Source: Octopus vulgaris
Taxonomy: Eukaryota
NCBI GenBank assembly: GCA_951406725.2
Contig: OX597821.1
Span: 104,036,001-104,100,000, forward strand
Reading direction: 5' to 3'
Length of the DNA stretch: 64,000 nt
Shown: one piece after another, positions 38,216 through 52,263 of the stretch
Layout of the letters: every line of letters begins with the position of its first letter
Numbering within the stretch: the first letter of the stretch is position 1
The notes under the pieces: model-generated
The model's database searches: none
What the model saw: the letters and a program-made list of their open reading frames with translations, nothing else
What the model was told of the DNA's origin: nothing
Translations under genes and position numbers: made by a program

Positions 38216-39536
38216 CAGTATGTGTATGTGTGTGTGTGTGTATTTATATGTTTGTTCCTCTAACGCTTGAAAACGCTCCCTTGCTTAGCTTTGAGCAAAC
38301 GGATTTGTCAGCATGAGTGCAACACTTAAAATATGTACTGGAGCAATTTGTTCTCCTACCCTGGCATCCACCCGACTGAAGCGAATAAAAATGTACTGAC
38401 ACCGACTGAAGAATTTGCGTGTGTTTTCGTGATTGAGGTTGCAAATTTTCTTGGTAATGTTTAGATTGTATTGATTTAAGAGACCTATGTACTTGTTATT
38501 CAAGCCATGGCCATCTGTATAAATTTTAGGAAGATATTTATGGCCAACGTGTCGCTCTCCATCCTCTAAGGTGGTACCACAACATAAGCGAACATCACCG
38601 ACACAAACAGGTAAAAGAAAAATGATACAAATATTTTATATAGAAACAAGTACGCTAAATACGGATTAATATATGTATCATAGAAACACATGTTCGTATA
38701 TACTAGGTCATATACATCGCTGTAAACGATAAAGCATCTGTAAAGTTGGCAGCATTTAAATATTAATACAATTTAAAACGTTGCTTTACCTATAGGGTAA
38801 AGAATATTATCGGAAACACTAGACCTTTGCCATAAGGAAGTCACAAATGTTACTTTTTCCTGCTCGCTATTTCCCTCCCTCCTCCTCTCTCTCTCTCTCT
38901 CTCTCTTTCATTCCCTCCCCCTCACTCTTTAACTACCTCTCTGATTCTCTTTGTCTCTTTCTCTCTCACACATAAGCAGGCACATGCAGACACACGGAGA
39001 AACACACATTGAAATAGAGTCTAATACAGATGCATATATATATATATCTACGCATGTGCGCAAGTTTTAGTCACTTATGCTGAAAATAAAGGTGGATATA
39101 GTTGAACCAAGAAAGAATTGGAATAAAATCAATATTAGAATTTAGATTCTAGGGGGAAAAAAAAGAAAACCGCATACATCAGACTACAAGAAACATATGT
39201 TAGATATAGAAGCTTATTGTATTAAAATGATTTGAGAGGAAAACGAAATTCAGGTTAACTGGATGTTAATGGTCTTGTGTTTGAGAAAATCGATTTCTTC
39301 CAAGAAAACAAACGAGCAGCGCAGTGGATTAGTTAGGTTCAGCCCATTTTATTAATCCGCTTTAAATCTTTGAATTTTAGCTTAACATAGTGTATTCAAT
39401 TAAACACACATACACACGTATGTATATATATATATGTATGGATATATGTATGGATTTATGTATGTATGTATGTATCTATCTACCTTTCTATCTACCGATA
39501 TATCTATCTATCTATCTAACTATCTGTCTGTCTGTT

Positions 39537-39569
<33 letters not shown>

Positions 39570-39614
39570 ATCTATCGATATATCTATCTGCCTGTCTGTC
39601 TGACTGTCTGGCTG

Positions 39615-39666
<52 letters not shown>

Positions 39667-39684
39667 GATCTACCTATCTATGTA

Positions 39685-39716
<32 letters not shown>

Positions 39717-39820
39717 TATGTATGTATACATATATATATGTCTGTGTGTGTGTGTATGTGTGTTTGTATGTGAGTGTGCGTGTGTGTTTGTGTATGCAGA
39801 TACACATACACACACAAATG

Positions 39821-39863
<43 letters not shown>

Positions 39864-40370
39864 ACATATATATGTTGGGAATATGAAAGAAGACTCTATT
39901 TCTAATAGCTTTTCTACACATATTCAAGTAACTGTATACTAGTTATTGGAAGGGCTCCTGTTATTCGCACAAATATACGAATATAAATATACAAACACAT
40001 ACATTCACACACACTTGATGCACAAATTCGACAAGTATATACACAACACCCACAAACTTACCATATGCACAAATGCAAAGATACATATAGATATAGTTTA
40101 AGATATATACTATGTACACAATCATTTGCAAGCTTATGTTACATATGTGCTTATGTGTGTATGAACGTACGTACTTATGTATGTGTGCATGTATGTATGT
40201 GTGTGCATCTATATTTATGTATACATCTATCTATCGACATTATATATATATATGATATATATGTAAAATGTTTGTTATAGGCATGAATAAGATAAGATCT
40301 TATATAAAACACTATAAAGAATAATAAGAATGGAGAAGAGATGTTAAAAGTTGAAAATAGAATTTAATAT

Positions 40371-40468
40371 CTACATACGACCGTTTCAAAGGGCAATACA
40401 AATATGTAAGAAGAACATTAATTATAATAATAATGTTTAAATGTATGTCACCATTCTCGTCAATGCAG
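40371..40468 (-). ncRNA. Hammerhead ribozyme motif (C3U), long stem II
   Basis: ctgca-TTGACGA-gaatggtg...tattgcccttt-GAAAC-ggtc-GTA-tgtag. Confidence 0.6.
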
Positions 40469-40878
40469 AAAAATTTAAGGAAAACATTAAAAAAAAAACT
40501 ATTAGCAAAAGAATCAAGAAGAAAAAACAAATAGGGTAATACAGACAATCTGACTGGAAATTTGCCAATAATTTGTAAAAAGGGAAAAAGAAGAGAAAGA
40601 AAAACATGTCAATGTATTTTCATGTCTATGTGTGCAAAGAACTATAAACAAATCTGACCAACGGATATACTTTTTAAATATTTCTGTTCTCCCGATTAGT
40701 ATATAGGTTTTTCTCCACAGATAAACTCGAACATACATTGACATGTTTTTCTTTCTCTTCTTTTTCCTTTTTTACAAGTTATTTGCAAATTTCCGGTCAG
40801 ATTGTTCGCATTATCCTATTTGTTTTTCCTTCTACATTCTGTTGCTAATAGCTATTTTATGCTTTCCTTAAATTTTTC

Positions 40879-41001
40879 TACGCTGACGAGAATGGTGATA
40901 CATAAATGTTATTATTATTATTATTGTTATTATTATTATTATTATTATTATTAAAGTTTTTTGTTACGTATTTGTATTGTCCTTTGAAACGGTTGTATGT
41001 A
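40879..41001 (+). ncRNA. Hammerhead ribozyme motif, canonical core, (ATT)n inside stem II
   Basis: tacg-CTGACGA-gaatggtgatac...gtattgtccttt-GAAAC-ggtt-GTA-tgta. Confidence 0.7.
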
Positions 41002-41156
41002 TACATGCCTATAACGAACTTTTTACTAGGTACTTTAACACTTTAATAGCTTGCGCTAGCAGGTTATCTTATGGATATGATAAATATTTATTAGAAATAT
41101 TTCCTGAAAAAGTTAAAAAGTTTGAATTGTTCTGCTTGAACTTATAGTTTCTCTTA

Positions 41157-41193
<37 letters not shown>

Positions 41194-41589
41194 TTTTGCA
41201 CAATGCAGTGGGAATGAGTTTGAGTAACTGTTAACAGAGTTTACTTTATGTTACGGATGAATTATGTTTAGCTTTAACTTCCCCATTCTTATAACTACCA
41301 AGTTGCTATTTAACTTGCTATGTGAATATTTTACTAAATGCTTTCATTTTTGTGGCTGCTTGTAAGAGCGAGTGTACATGTAACATACAGCTTACGCAAG
41401 GACGTTTATACATCCATATCAGTTAACGGTTATTTCTAATACTTATCTCGCCGTTTTGTTCCGTTGTTTTTGCAACTCTTATTTTATATCTTCTATGTAA
41501 ATGATGATATATCCTTTGTTTACTGCTTTTCTTTACATGAAATGAAAAGGTACATTGCGGAACTTATTTTAACGTGTTATAACTGTCTC

Positions 41590-41693
41590 TCACCCGAAGA
41601 AACACATGTGCACCGCCAGATGCTGTTGAGCCAGTTGTTAAGTATCTCACCCGTGAGGGATCGGTAGTAGAAGTGTCGAAACAATTGTTGCGA
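41590..41693 (+). ncRNA. Degenerate hammerhead motif (U4C) followed by AATAAA
   Basis: tcac-CCGAAGA-aacac...gtgtc-GAAAC-aatt-GTT-gcga-ttAATAAA. Confidence 0.45.
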
Positions 41694-41904
41694 TTAATAA
41701 AAATTCTCATATCTTGCATCTTTCGTCTTTCACTTACCATATATATTTTATTATCTATATGTATGTATATATACATATAGTTGTAAGTTGTATGTATGTA
41801 CACACAAGCACACAATTGTATAGTTGGGCATAACATTCGCCATACTGCACCGATGAAGTCTACAAGTCTTGTTTTTTCATTCTCTGTATAGTTTCTCTTA
41901 TTCC

Positions 41905-41938
41905 TTTCTGCTGAAGAGCGTAGGCTCGAAACGTAAAA
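41905..41938 (+). ncRNA. Variant minimal hammerhead motif in a PLE-like terminal fragment
   Basis: ttt-CTGCTGAA-gagc(gtag)gctc-GAAAC-GTA-aaa; homologue at 18427. Confidence 0.5.
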
Positions 41939-42893
41939 TACTTTTTCACTTACTTGTTTATGCTTACTTGTTCATACATCTGTCTTTGTTTTTGGTTTTT
42001 CTATAAATTTCAACTACGGGACTGTCACGTTATGTTGACAGTATACAACCACTCTACAACCACACACATGCGCGCGCGTATATATATAACAATGGCGATT
42101 CCGGTACTGGGGCTGTTCGAGCTTAGCCCGAGTATAAATTTAGTAAAATGAACATGCATTATCAATCTGTTTCAATTTCTGCCAACACTAATTTCAAGTA
42201 TGTAACTGCAGCCAATAACTCGAGCGCCATTTATTGAGCCTAGTGGCAGTTCATTTATTTTCGTTCAGCGTCTGACGGTCGTCTTAGAGGTGCCCACTGT
42301 CAAAATTTACAATTCGTACCAGATATTCTCTCGAAATCATTCACATGCGCTTGACTCGGGCTTAGAAGTTACAGCCGAGTTGTTATCTATGAGCGTAAAA
42401 ATTAAAAGTGATTGAATGTTTTCTTGAAACAATAATTTTCTACTAAAATTAGGATTTAAATTCCAATCTATTAAAATTTTCCGTTTTACAACATCCTTAC
42501 AGGAACGAAAATGTATTCAGCAACTCCGGCTACTGCGAACGAGTCTGGTACGTATAAAAGTCTGACATCTCTTGTCAAGAGTACAGGTGACATTCAGATC
42601 ACTGATGTTTCTTGTCCAATCTGCTGTCGTTATTTTATTGATGTTATTGTGTGTGTCTGTGTGTAAAGATCAGCTGTGTTTTTCAGGGTTGCTATATTTG
42701 AACACTTAACTAAGAAATGAAGAAAGATATAGTGCTAGATATGAAAAGAAATAAGCCATTTGGGGGCTAGAAATAAAGCGGAATAACGTGCAAGTCTTCG
42801 AGTGACTCTGATGACCTGGTATATATGACCTGATGACCTATTATATATATATATATACATGCATGTGTGTATCTATGTATGTCTACGTATGTA

Positions 42894-43600
42894 CAGGAAG
42901 CGAACGGTATTTGAGAACACGTACTTAGTCATTATTTTATTTTACTAACTTTTATTCAACTTATCTTTAGGAAAATAACAATGATTGGACCTTTGCTTAC
43001 TAATGAAATGAAAAGGCAAGCTGTGAATTTGGCTTTGCATGCTACGCAAGGGGATTTAGAAATTTCTAGTCTTCGGAAATTTGGAAGATCTTTTGTCCAC
43101 AAGATTTGGTGTGTTAGAGAAAGAACGTGGACGAATATTACCTGTGTGAAAACATACAAAATATTCCAAACGCTCTCATTCTATCTGAACACTGAATTTA
43201 TTCAGAGAGTACAGCAAAACATTGAAGACAATCCAGGAAAACCAATGAGGTCAATTGCAGAAAAAATTTCTGCATCAGAAAATAAAAACAATCAGAAATG
43301 TTGTGTATAAAAACATCAGATAGACGTGTTACATGATGCGGAGAAGTCAAGTCATTTCGGAAAAAAGACAGAAGAAAAACGTTGAATCACATCCAAAGGA
43401 ATTTTGTAAAAAGCTTTAAAATCCATCAGAATATGGTGTGATTTGGTTTCTCACATATTAGAAAGACTTTGACCAGGACCATAAAAGAGAAGAAATCACA
43501 GATGGCTAATGTGCAGACCCTTCTGAGGTTCCAAGAGTAACGTACACAACATTTTCTGTAAGCATCATGGTTTTGGGTGTTGTAAGTAATGACGGACGGT
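42894..43600 (+). mobile_element. Degraded maT (DD37D)-like Tc1/mariner transposon, 5' part
   Basis: TA|CAGG start; MKRQAVNLAL, IEDNPGKPMRSIA, KDFDQD, DPSEVPRV, SIMVLGVVSNDG. Confidence 0.7.
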
Positions 43601-43745
43601 AACGTGAAACTCTGAGTAGCAGTTCTTTTGTTGTATTTTGTGATGTTTTTTTCAGATTTAATAATAAAGCATATTACTCTACCTCTGGTAGTCGAGTACT
43701 ATTTCTCCCCGACATGTTTCACTTTTATGTGATTACTCTGGTATA

Positions 43746-43940
43746 TATGTATGTATGTATGTATGTACGTATGTATGTATGTATGTATGTATGTATGTAT
43801 GTATGTATGTATGTATGTATGTATGTATGTATGTACGTATGTATGTATGTATGTATGTATGTATGTATGTATGTATGTATGTATGTATGTATGTATGTAC
43901 GTACGTATGTATGTATGTATGTACGTATGTATGTATGTAT
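43746..43940. repeat. (ATGT)n microsatellite
   Basis: Direct reading. Confidence 0.98.
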
Positions 43941-43942
43941 GT

Positions 43943-44562
43943 GACCTCCACGTAAACCAAAAAAGATGTATAAGGACTTGCTGAAGGCTTCCTTAAGAGA
44001 TGCTTGCATCTCTCCTGACACATGGGAAGACATAGCTATTGATCGTAGCAGGTGGACAAGGATTGTGCAGGAGGGGACAGCCACTTTTGAGAAATCTCGA
44101 GTTGCACATGAGAAAGTAAGGAGGGATGTGAGGAAGGGCATCGCTGTTACACTTCCAGATGGGAAGGGTTTTCCTATGATGCTTACATGCAATGTCTGTG
44201 CAAGACCCTGCCTCAGTAAAACTGGACTCAAGAGCCATCTTCCTAGTCATAAAGCGAGACAGATGAGTGACAACCTGGTCACTGGTGGTGGTGTAACACA
44301 CCATACTAATCATATCTGTCGGGCATGTGGAAGAGAGTGTAATTCGGCAGGAGGACTTAAACGACATGCAAAGGTACATGAACCCCAGCTGCAACTACTG
44401 GCGGCTATTACAGGTAAAGGTTTTAGTTGCCAATTTTGTACAAGACATTGTAGATCTTTAGCTGGGATAAAAACTCACATTCGATCACAGCACCAGTAAC
44501 AGTTAAGCTTCGTGCAATGGCCATACTCGATAACGAGGTGGCAGCCATAACAATAATAATAA
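43943..44562 (+). mobile_element. 5'-truncated RTE (BovB-like) LINE 3' end with three C2H2 zinc fingers
   Basis: KPKKMYKDLLKASL...WEDIAIDRSRW...FEKSR, then CxxC-x12-H-x3/4-H three times; 3'UTR stem-loop ctcg-ataa-cgag; (TAA)n tail. Confidence 0.85.
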
Positions 44563-45691
44563 TGTATGTATGAATGTATATATGTATGTATACACACTCA
44601 CACATAGACACATACGCACACAAACATACACACACATGCATACATATGTACGTTCTAAATTATATAGAAGCACAAACAAGTGAAACAAATGGAAAATATA
44701 CTCATAGAATGTCTTTAAATTCTCATCAGTTATCGTCCAAATGATCATAACAAATTCTCACCTTTAACTATAGTATTGTTCCTATTCTGTAGCGTCAGCG
44801 ATGAGAAACCGCCGGGAAATAGCGAGCAAATAAACAAGGGACCAAACACAACAAAATGTCAACATACACTCAAAAATGAAATATACATTATACAAAAAAG
44901 AAAAAATAATAATGAATAAATAATACATAAAATACATATGTAAATATGTATAAATATTTTCACTAAACTTGTAAAATATGTACATAAAAATGTTGCATAA
45001 ATGATAATATTAAAATAATGCAAAAAAACAAAAAAATAACTGTAATACGATAAATTAAAACACAAATCAAAATATTGATGTAATGTCCAAACAAAACGAG
45101 TGACAATATATTCAATTTTAAATCCCTATGAGATCAGCATGAGGAGGAATTTAAATTCGTTACATATAAAGTCTATGACAACTTCAGATCGATCCATCCG
45201 AAATATGGAATTACGAGTAGTTAAAAGAAATTTTAAATCCATTATCATCACCACGGGAGCACAATCATGCAGTAAAACACAACTTCAAGGGATTATACAG
45301 AAGTCATACTTGCCATGTCAAATACGAGATAAAAATATATCGCACGATTATCAAACGATTATCAAAGAATTTTAATGCGTATGAAGTAAGTTCAGCCGAT
45401 AATATGATCTGGCATTATTGTGTATCAATAGCTTTCTCCTCAACCGCTTCTTCCATTCTTTCTCTCCTTTTTTGCTTCTTTGTTTATATGTTTATTTGTT
45501 TATTTCTTTCTTCGTTTCAATTTTTCTTGGTTTCTCTCCTTGACTCATTACTTATATTTTATTTTTGTCTTACACACTTATACGTTTATGGAAAACAGTA
45601 TGTGTGCTTGTGTGCGTGTTGTGTGTATGTGTATTTGTGTGTGTAGATGTTTGTTTCTGTCTCGCTTTCTCTCAATCTCTCTGTTCCTCTT

Positions 45692-45736
<45 letters not shown>

Positions 45737-45879
45737 CCACATATATATACATGTATATATACGCACACACATATATATACATACATATATACATATATGT
45801 TTGTGCATATATACATGTATAGATGTATGTACATATGTATATTTGCATGTATGTATGTTTGTATGTATATTTATATGTA

Positions 45880-46850
45880 ATATTCCACCAAGAATTCTGA
45901 GAACAATAAGTATGAGAACACTAGAGCGAAAGTGACCACTCCTGAAGGAGAGACGGAATACTTTGCTGTCAAAGCCAGAGTATTACAAGGTGACATGCTA
46001 GCACCACATCCCTTCGCCATTGTTCTGAACTCTGTAATGCATAGAATGTGCGAGGGCAAGGAAGAAGGACTGGGATTCAAACTACATAGGCAAAGAAGTA
46101 GACGGCATTAAACAGTAACAGTAACTGACTTAGACTATGCTGATGACCTGGTATTACTAACAGGAAGGGCAAAACAGTCACATGCGGTGATGCGGGGAAG
46201 GGAGGATGGTGCTGTAACGCAAAGAAAACAGAACTAAATGTATTCAACCACGGTATGCCTGTACCAGTGAAAGAGAGAGACGGAAAGTGTCTTAAGGAGG
46301 TTGAAAATTTCAAATTCTGAAAAAGACATCGTAGTAAGGAAAGCTCTTGCATGGAGCGAATGTCATAAATTGAGAAAGGTACTGAGTTCAAAGTTAGCAA
46401 GGAAATTGGAAGTGAGGTTTGTTTCTGGCAACAGTGGAGTCTGTTCTTCTATACGGGGCTGAAACACGGACGCTCATTAAAGCATTGGAGAAGCAGTCGT
46501 GCGTTTGTTGTACGAGGATGCTTAGAATGGCACTCAATGTCTCCTGGAAGAGTCACACAACAGACGCTGATTTATACCAGGGACTACCAAAAGTAACATT
46601 GAAGATACAGCATAGAAGGATGAGGCTAGCTGGACACTGCATCAGACACACCAATGAAATTGCTAACAAGTTAGTGCTCTGGCAACCAACGGAAGGAAAA
46701 ACCAGGAGAAAGCCGAAGTCGACCTATATCGGCAGCTTACTGGAGGATACTGGTATGGAATGGACTATTATGGAAGATCGAGATGAATGGGGAAACGCTT
46801 GGAAACAGTCTTCGGGGGTACTGAGGGACGACCTAGATAGATAGATAGAT
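45880..46850 (+). mobile_element. Degraded RTE-clade LINE reverse transcriptase and C-terminus
   Basis: VLQGDMLAP, DLDYADDLVLL, FLATVESVLLYGAET, RRMRLAGHCIRH; (TAGA)n tail. Confidence 0.9.
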
Positions 46851-46933
46851 AGATACATACATACATACATACATACATACATACATACATAAATAGATAC
46901 TGATGTGTCTAATTTGCTCAACCCCGCTTTTCG

Positions 46934-46967
<34 letters not shown>

Positions 46968-49234
46968 TTATCAGTATATTTACCATTATTTTGGATGCCC
47001 TATTGCTATGTATCGGGTAGCTTTTTGATTCCTCTCGATTAGAATTCAGCTGGCTTCAACATGAAAAAGCTTTTCACGTACGTTTTCGCCTGAACTCCTT
47101 GTGAAAAATTTCCCCATTAAAGTAGTTTGTAAAGAGCAAAATAATAAATAAATAAATAAATGAAAATCAGTTTGTGCAAGGTCCGGTTAATCTGGTGCTT
47201 GGAGTATAATAGAGCAACCCGAATTCAATATTTGATCCTACATGATTCTTGTTGAATATAGCCTTGTGTAGTTATGGAGAAACACAGCACAGGGCGTTGT
47301 CTGAAAAGGCTTTCATGCACACGTTGCAGCTGTTGAAAGTATATGTCGGCATTTAATATTCAATTGCGATTTAAAATCTCAAATTAAATGACACCTCGAT
47401 GTTTTCATTACACGTAATATAAGAACATAACATTCCTTGTATGGAGTTCAGCCTTTAAGTTAGGTTGTCCAGACCTGCCCTTGTCAAATCAGTGCCTTTT
47501 GCATTGAACATTGTCGTAACAACGTGTTAATGATATTGAGAAATGGACATATGATCATCTATTTGCTTCTCACTAAAAATATGGGGAATCTAAACACCCA
47601 ACTTACTGACTTTCCTTATCTTTTCCAAGTGACGACAGAATGTGGAGTGGGATGATTTAAGGCCAATTGCTTATTCCCGAGGACTTCGACGAGGATTGAA
47701 TGCTAATAATTCTACTAAAGCAACTTGATCGGAATCTGATGAGGGCCCTGATCTAAGTCGATATGTCAATGACAAATCTCCACTACGAAACTTTTAAACC
47801 ATTTTCTCACTTGTCGGTAAGTAATGACACGTTGGCCGTAATCACTGCATATTTTACGCAGTGATTACGATTTTTTATTCCGTTCTTAAACGTTCACAAC
47901 ATCACATGTCAAATATGCACTTTGAGCTCATCTATTTTAGGGTATTGACATTTAATATTAATCTATGATGTTCACAATTTCACTGCTTAAATATGAATGA
48001 CAGATGAAGCCCTTTTTAAAAAGTAGTTTTAATTTTAAACTTCAACAGATGAAGATCGAAATTCATCATAATTTACTTCCAAAAGACGTAAATATTTTAT
48101 GACTCGACCCAACAGATATATTAATATATATAGATGTTTATTTCTCAGATGGGCTATAAATCTCTCTGTTTCCCTGTTCATGAATCTTTTCTTTATTTAT
48201 CATTTTACTATTAATGTAATTTATCTTATTATAGCAACCTTCTTTAGTATATGTTATCTTCCTCGCTAGAAATCTATCTTACAGAAGGGCCTAAATCCAT
48301 CTACTCATTTCTGCTATCATTTATCGCAGTTCTTCTATGAATATTCCTAATGCACAAATTTCGAACACATTTGTTTTTATTACATAACAGTATTTTCAAT
48401 TTACACAACTGAAACGATAACTAGTTTAAAATCACACTAAGAATCAGAAAGAATGTAAAATAACAAAATGGTAGTCGTCATCGTGATGTACAAAACAATT
48501 ACAAAAGAGAAAACAGTTTTCTTCCACTGAAGACACGCAAGAAACAGATAACAAGATAAGGTGGGGGAAATCGTAGTAGTTTTAAGTCATAAAACTTTCC
48601 TTCGCGTGGTTTAATAATATTAAGAGAATCCACATATTAAATGGTAAAACGTTACTGCAGAAGAATCTCGATGCGAGTCTACGGGAATATATATCTAGTA
48701 ATACCAATTCGTCGTATAAACTGAATTTATTCTGAAATATATGACGAATTTTCTCCTCAACCATAACACACTGGTAAAAAAAATGCTGTTACTAGCTTCG
48801 TTCCAAATGAGTTCAGCACATGTTAAATGAAGCTGAACTAATTTCCTTAAAATACATGCGGGAAAAAATGTAATGACTGACAAAAGCGGGTAGGTTCTAA
48901 TTGCTAATAAGCTACCTACTTAATTTTGTTATTTGTGCTGTAAATCAACGGTTTTTCTTCAAAGATTGACAACCTCTTAACCCTAAGCCTTAAGTGGAGG
49001 TCATGAGAATTAAGTTGGTCTACAACAAAATTCGAAATCACAATACGGGTGTATACGCTTAGAATTTACCCCCCTTTGTCAGTCATTAAGTATAGTGCTT
49101 TAGTTCGCTTTGGGGCTAATTTCTCTTAGCTTAGCATAAGCAGTGCTAGTCTGTACCCTCCGTCACTTTTGTGACCTCTATTGATTTTGCCTTTAGGTTC
49201 TAATTGCTGATAAGTCACCATCACCTTTAATTCG

Positions 49235-49286
<52 letters not shown>

Positions 49287-49364
49287 AAAATAAATGAAAG
49301 AAAATGCATATAGTTTACATACTTTTAATATTTGAAAGAATTATAAGTGTAAGAGTATTGTGTT

Positions 49365-49397
49365 TGTCGACCGGTTTCGCTTTCGCTAATCATGACA
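49365..49397 (-). ncRNA. Minimal hammerhead ribozyme, A3-U8 core variant
   Basis: tgtc-ATGATTA-gc(gaaa)gc-GAAAC-cg-GTC-gaca: all stems intact, GNRA loop on stem II, GUC cleavage triplet. Confidence 0.65.
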
Positions 49398-49798
49398 TTG
49401 AAATTATTGCAAATACGTATTTTATTAAGAAGATTATAGTCCATTTTGTGCATGGGTGTTTGCGAATGGAATGAATCAACAAGTAGAAAAAATCTAAGGG
49501 GAGGCAATTGCTCATATTCGGGACAGGTGATGTAATTGTTCATATTTTGGAGAGAGGAGAAATAAATATACAAAAATGTAAAAGCTAAGCAGTGAGATAA
49601 AGTGTTTACAGTGATGGATATGTGAACAAGAATTAAAATGCATACTGAGACCAAAATTGGATATACGCTTTCATATTTAAACGTGTTCTGTATTTTTCGA
49701 TTAATAAATTTTCTTAAGACGCCTAAATATGAATGCATAACCATCTTTGATCTCAGTATAAGTCAATTCATGTTTACAAACTCAGCACTGTAAATGCT

Positions 49799-49900
<102 letters not shown>

Positions 49901-50339
49901 ATGCAAGATCTAGTCCGTATTTATGGGTAACTATGTATGATATACTTTACAATCGAGCATATATCTATGTATATAATCTGTGATATTTGATATGTGAAAA
50001 TATACATGTGTGTGTGTATGCGTGTGTTTGTGTGAATGTGTGCGGGTGTTTGTTTGTATCCATAATTTCTGTGCGCATATCTATTTTTGCTTATCTATTT
50101 CTTTTTCCTGGACACATATATGTACGCTTGCCTTATAGGCGTCTTTAACAAATGATCAATCTGTTATCGCACGTCAAAAAGAGACCGGAATGCTTTTTTT
50201 AAACATTTCTTTATCTATTGCTTACTTTACTTTTAGTTCGCTGATATTCAGTTTTTATCGGATTATATTCTACTTCATCTTTCTCTATGATATCTCTGAT
50301 CATCTATTAAAATGCTCTATTCTCTTTCTCTTCCTTAAT

Positions 50340-51190
50340 ATAGGTCGGTCCAGTGGCAGAGTCAGGAGCATGACGTTGAAAATGTTTAGTGGCATTTGTT
50401 TCGGTTATTTATGCTAAAATTCTACTGTGGCCAACTTTGACCTTCATCGTTTCGAGGTCAATAAAGCAAAATAGCAGTCATTATCGATGCCAATGTCATT
50501 AAATCTTCCTCGCTCTAAATCTGCTGGCTTCGTACCAAAGTTAGAGGCGGCAGGCTTACAGAATCCTTTCTACTATAGACACAAGGCCAGAAATTTGGGG
50601 GAGTGGGGATAGTCGATTACGTGGATCCCAGCAGCCAACTGTTACTTAATTTATCGACCCGAAAGGATGAAAGGCAAAGTCGACCACGGCAGAATTTAAA
50701 CTCAGAACGTAGCAACGGGCAAAATGTCACTATATACTTCGTCCAGCGTGCTAATGATTCTGCCAGCTCTCCGCCTTTGCTGATAGAATAGTTAGCATGC
50801 CGAGCACAATTCTAACCGATATTTCATCCGTGCTTACCTTCAGAGTTCAAATTGCGGTGAGGTCGACTTCGCCTTTCATCACTTCGTCTTCGGAGTCGAT
50901 AACTTAAGTACCTGTTGAGTACAGGAGATCGATGTAGTAGATTCCACCGACGCTCTTTGAAACTGTTATTAATTAAAAGCGGATTACTAGAAGAGTAATT
51001 CGTTATTACAACTGGAAGACTACTTAGCGGCATTTCTGACTTCAAAATCCACCGAGCTCTGTTTTGATTTTTTTCGTCTCAGACTCAATAATATAAAATA
51101 CCATTGAAGTATTGAAATATCAAGGCCGATGTGATCAAACATCTTCTAACTCATAAATTTCTGGCCTTGTACCAAAATTTAAAACAATTA
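50340..51190. mobile_element. Cluster of degenerate SINE A copies in both orientations
   Basis: ttatcgacccgaaaggatgaaaggcaaagtcgac (minus) and gagttcaaattgcggtgaggtcgacttcgcctttcatc (plus). Confidence 0.75.
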
Positions 51191-51574
51191 TTTGCCTTCT
51201 CTATATTCATGCTTTACCATTTTTCTCCGTAATCGTAACATTTTCACATGTTGCTCGTTAGTTTCTTTATCTTATGAACACGTCATCTTTCAGGATATCC
51301 TCAGGCCATGTTCTAATTTATTTATATCAGCATTCCTTTTTATGTCTTTCAAATGGCATAGGATTTATCTAATAAACCTTTGTTACCATAGCTGCGGCTT
51401 AAATTTATCCAATCAGATAACCAAATTTGTTTTAAATGATACGTCTCGTAGACTTTATCTATCTTCCAAATGTTGCACTGGCATCATTTTCCTTCTGAAG
51501 ATCAAAAATACGAAATTATAAAACAGCGATTTACGAAGTAACGATTAGTCAACTTTTCAATAAGATATCATACT

Positions 51575-51595
51575 ATATATATATACATATATATG

Positions 51596-51682
<87 letters not shown>

Positions 51683-51740
51683 GCATATACAGATACATAC
51701 ATTTATATATGCATATTTACACACAAACAAATACACTCAC

Positions 51741-51778
<38 letters not shown>

Positions 51779-52226
51779 GTATATACATTTGTGTACATAT
51801 GTACACATACACTCACTTACAGAGCGATATTAACATGCATATACGTGTGCATATACTTAAAAAAATATACATATATGTGTATGTATGTATATATGTATGT
51901 ACCTTTGTGTAGGTACTTAGCAGTATGTTCTAAGCAATATCGCTGCACATACGAAAAGAAATATTACCAAGTGATGTACTATTAGAAAGAATTTATGATA
52001 TACACAGACGTTATGTTGCTCCATAATTTTCTCCCCCTTTCCCATTCAACACAATCAGCACCGATGATTTAGCGGCCATTTATTCATCTCTTCTAACAAT
52101 GCGAACTACAAAATTTACCTACTGCAATAAATTCAACAAACAAAATATCACTTTATCCATCTGTTTGTGTACCTCCCGCAACTTTTATGTAAGTATCTAG
52201 GTGTATGTATATATATATATATATAT

Positions 52227-52263
<37 letters not shown>

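Larger units (their letters stand above)
40268..41020. mobile_element. Large inverted repeat (~300-370 bp arms) of a PLE-like pLTR, one HHR per arm
   Basis: Left arm to ~40617 is complementary to 40733-41020; weaker similarity continues inward. Confidence 0.85.

Noticed and set aside
38240-38600. Possible very old RTE RT fragment on the minus strand (NKYIG, VSTFLFASVGW)
   Set aside because: Similarity too faint to support without a profile search
43598-43745. GAAAC-tctga-GTA followed by AATAAA, a possible PLE 3' end
   Set aside because: Only the 3' half of an HHR is present; not counted as a ribozyme
43966-44499. Host C2H2 zinc-finger gene
   Set aside because: Preceded in frame by RTE ORF2 C-terminal motifs and followed by a LINE 3' tail; no TGEKP linkers
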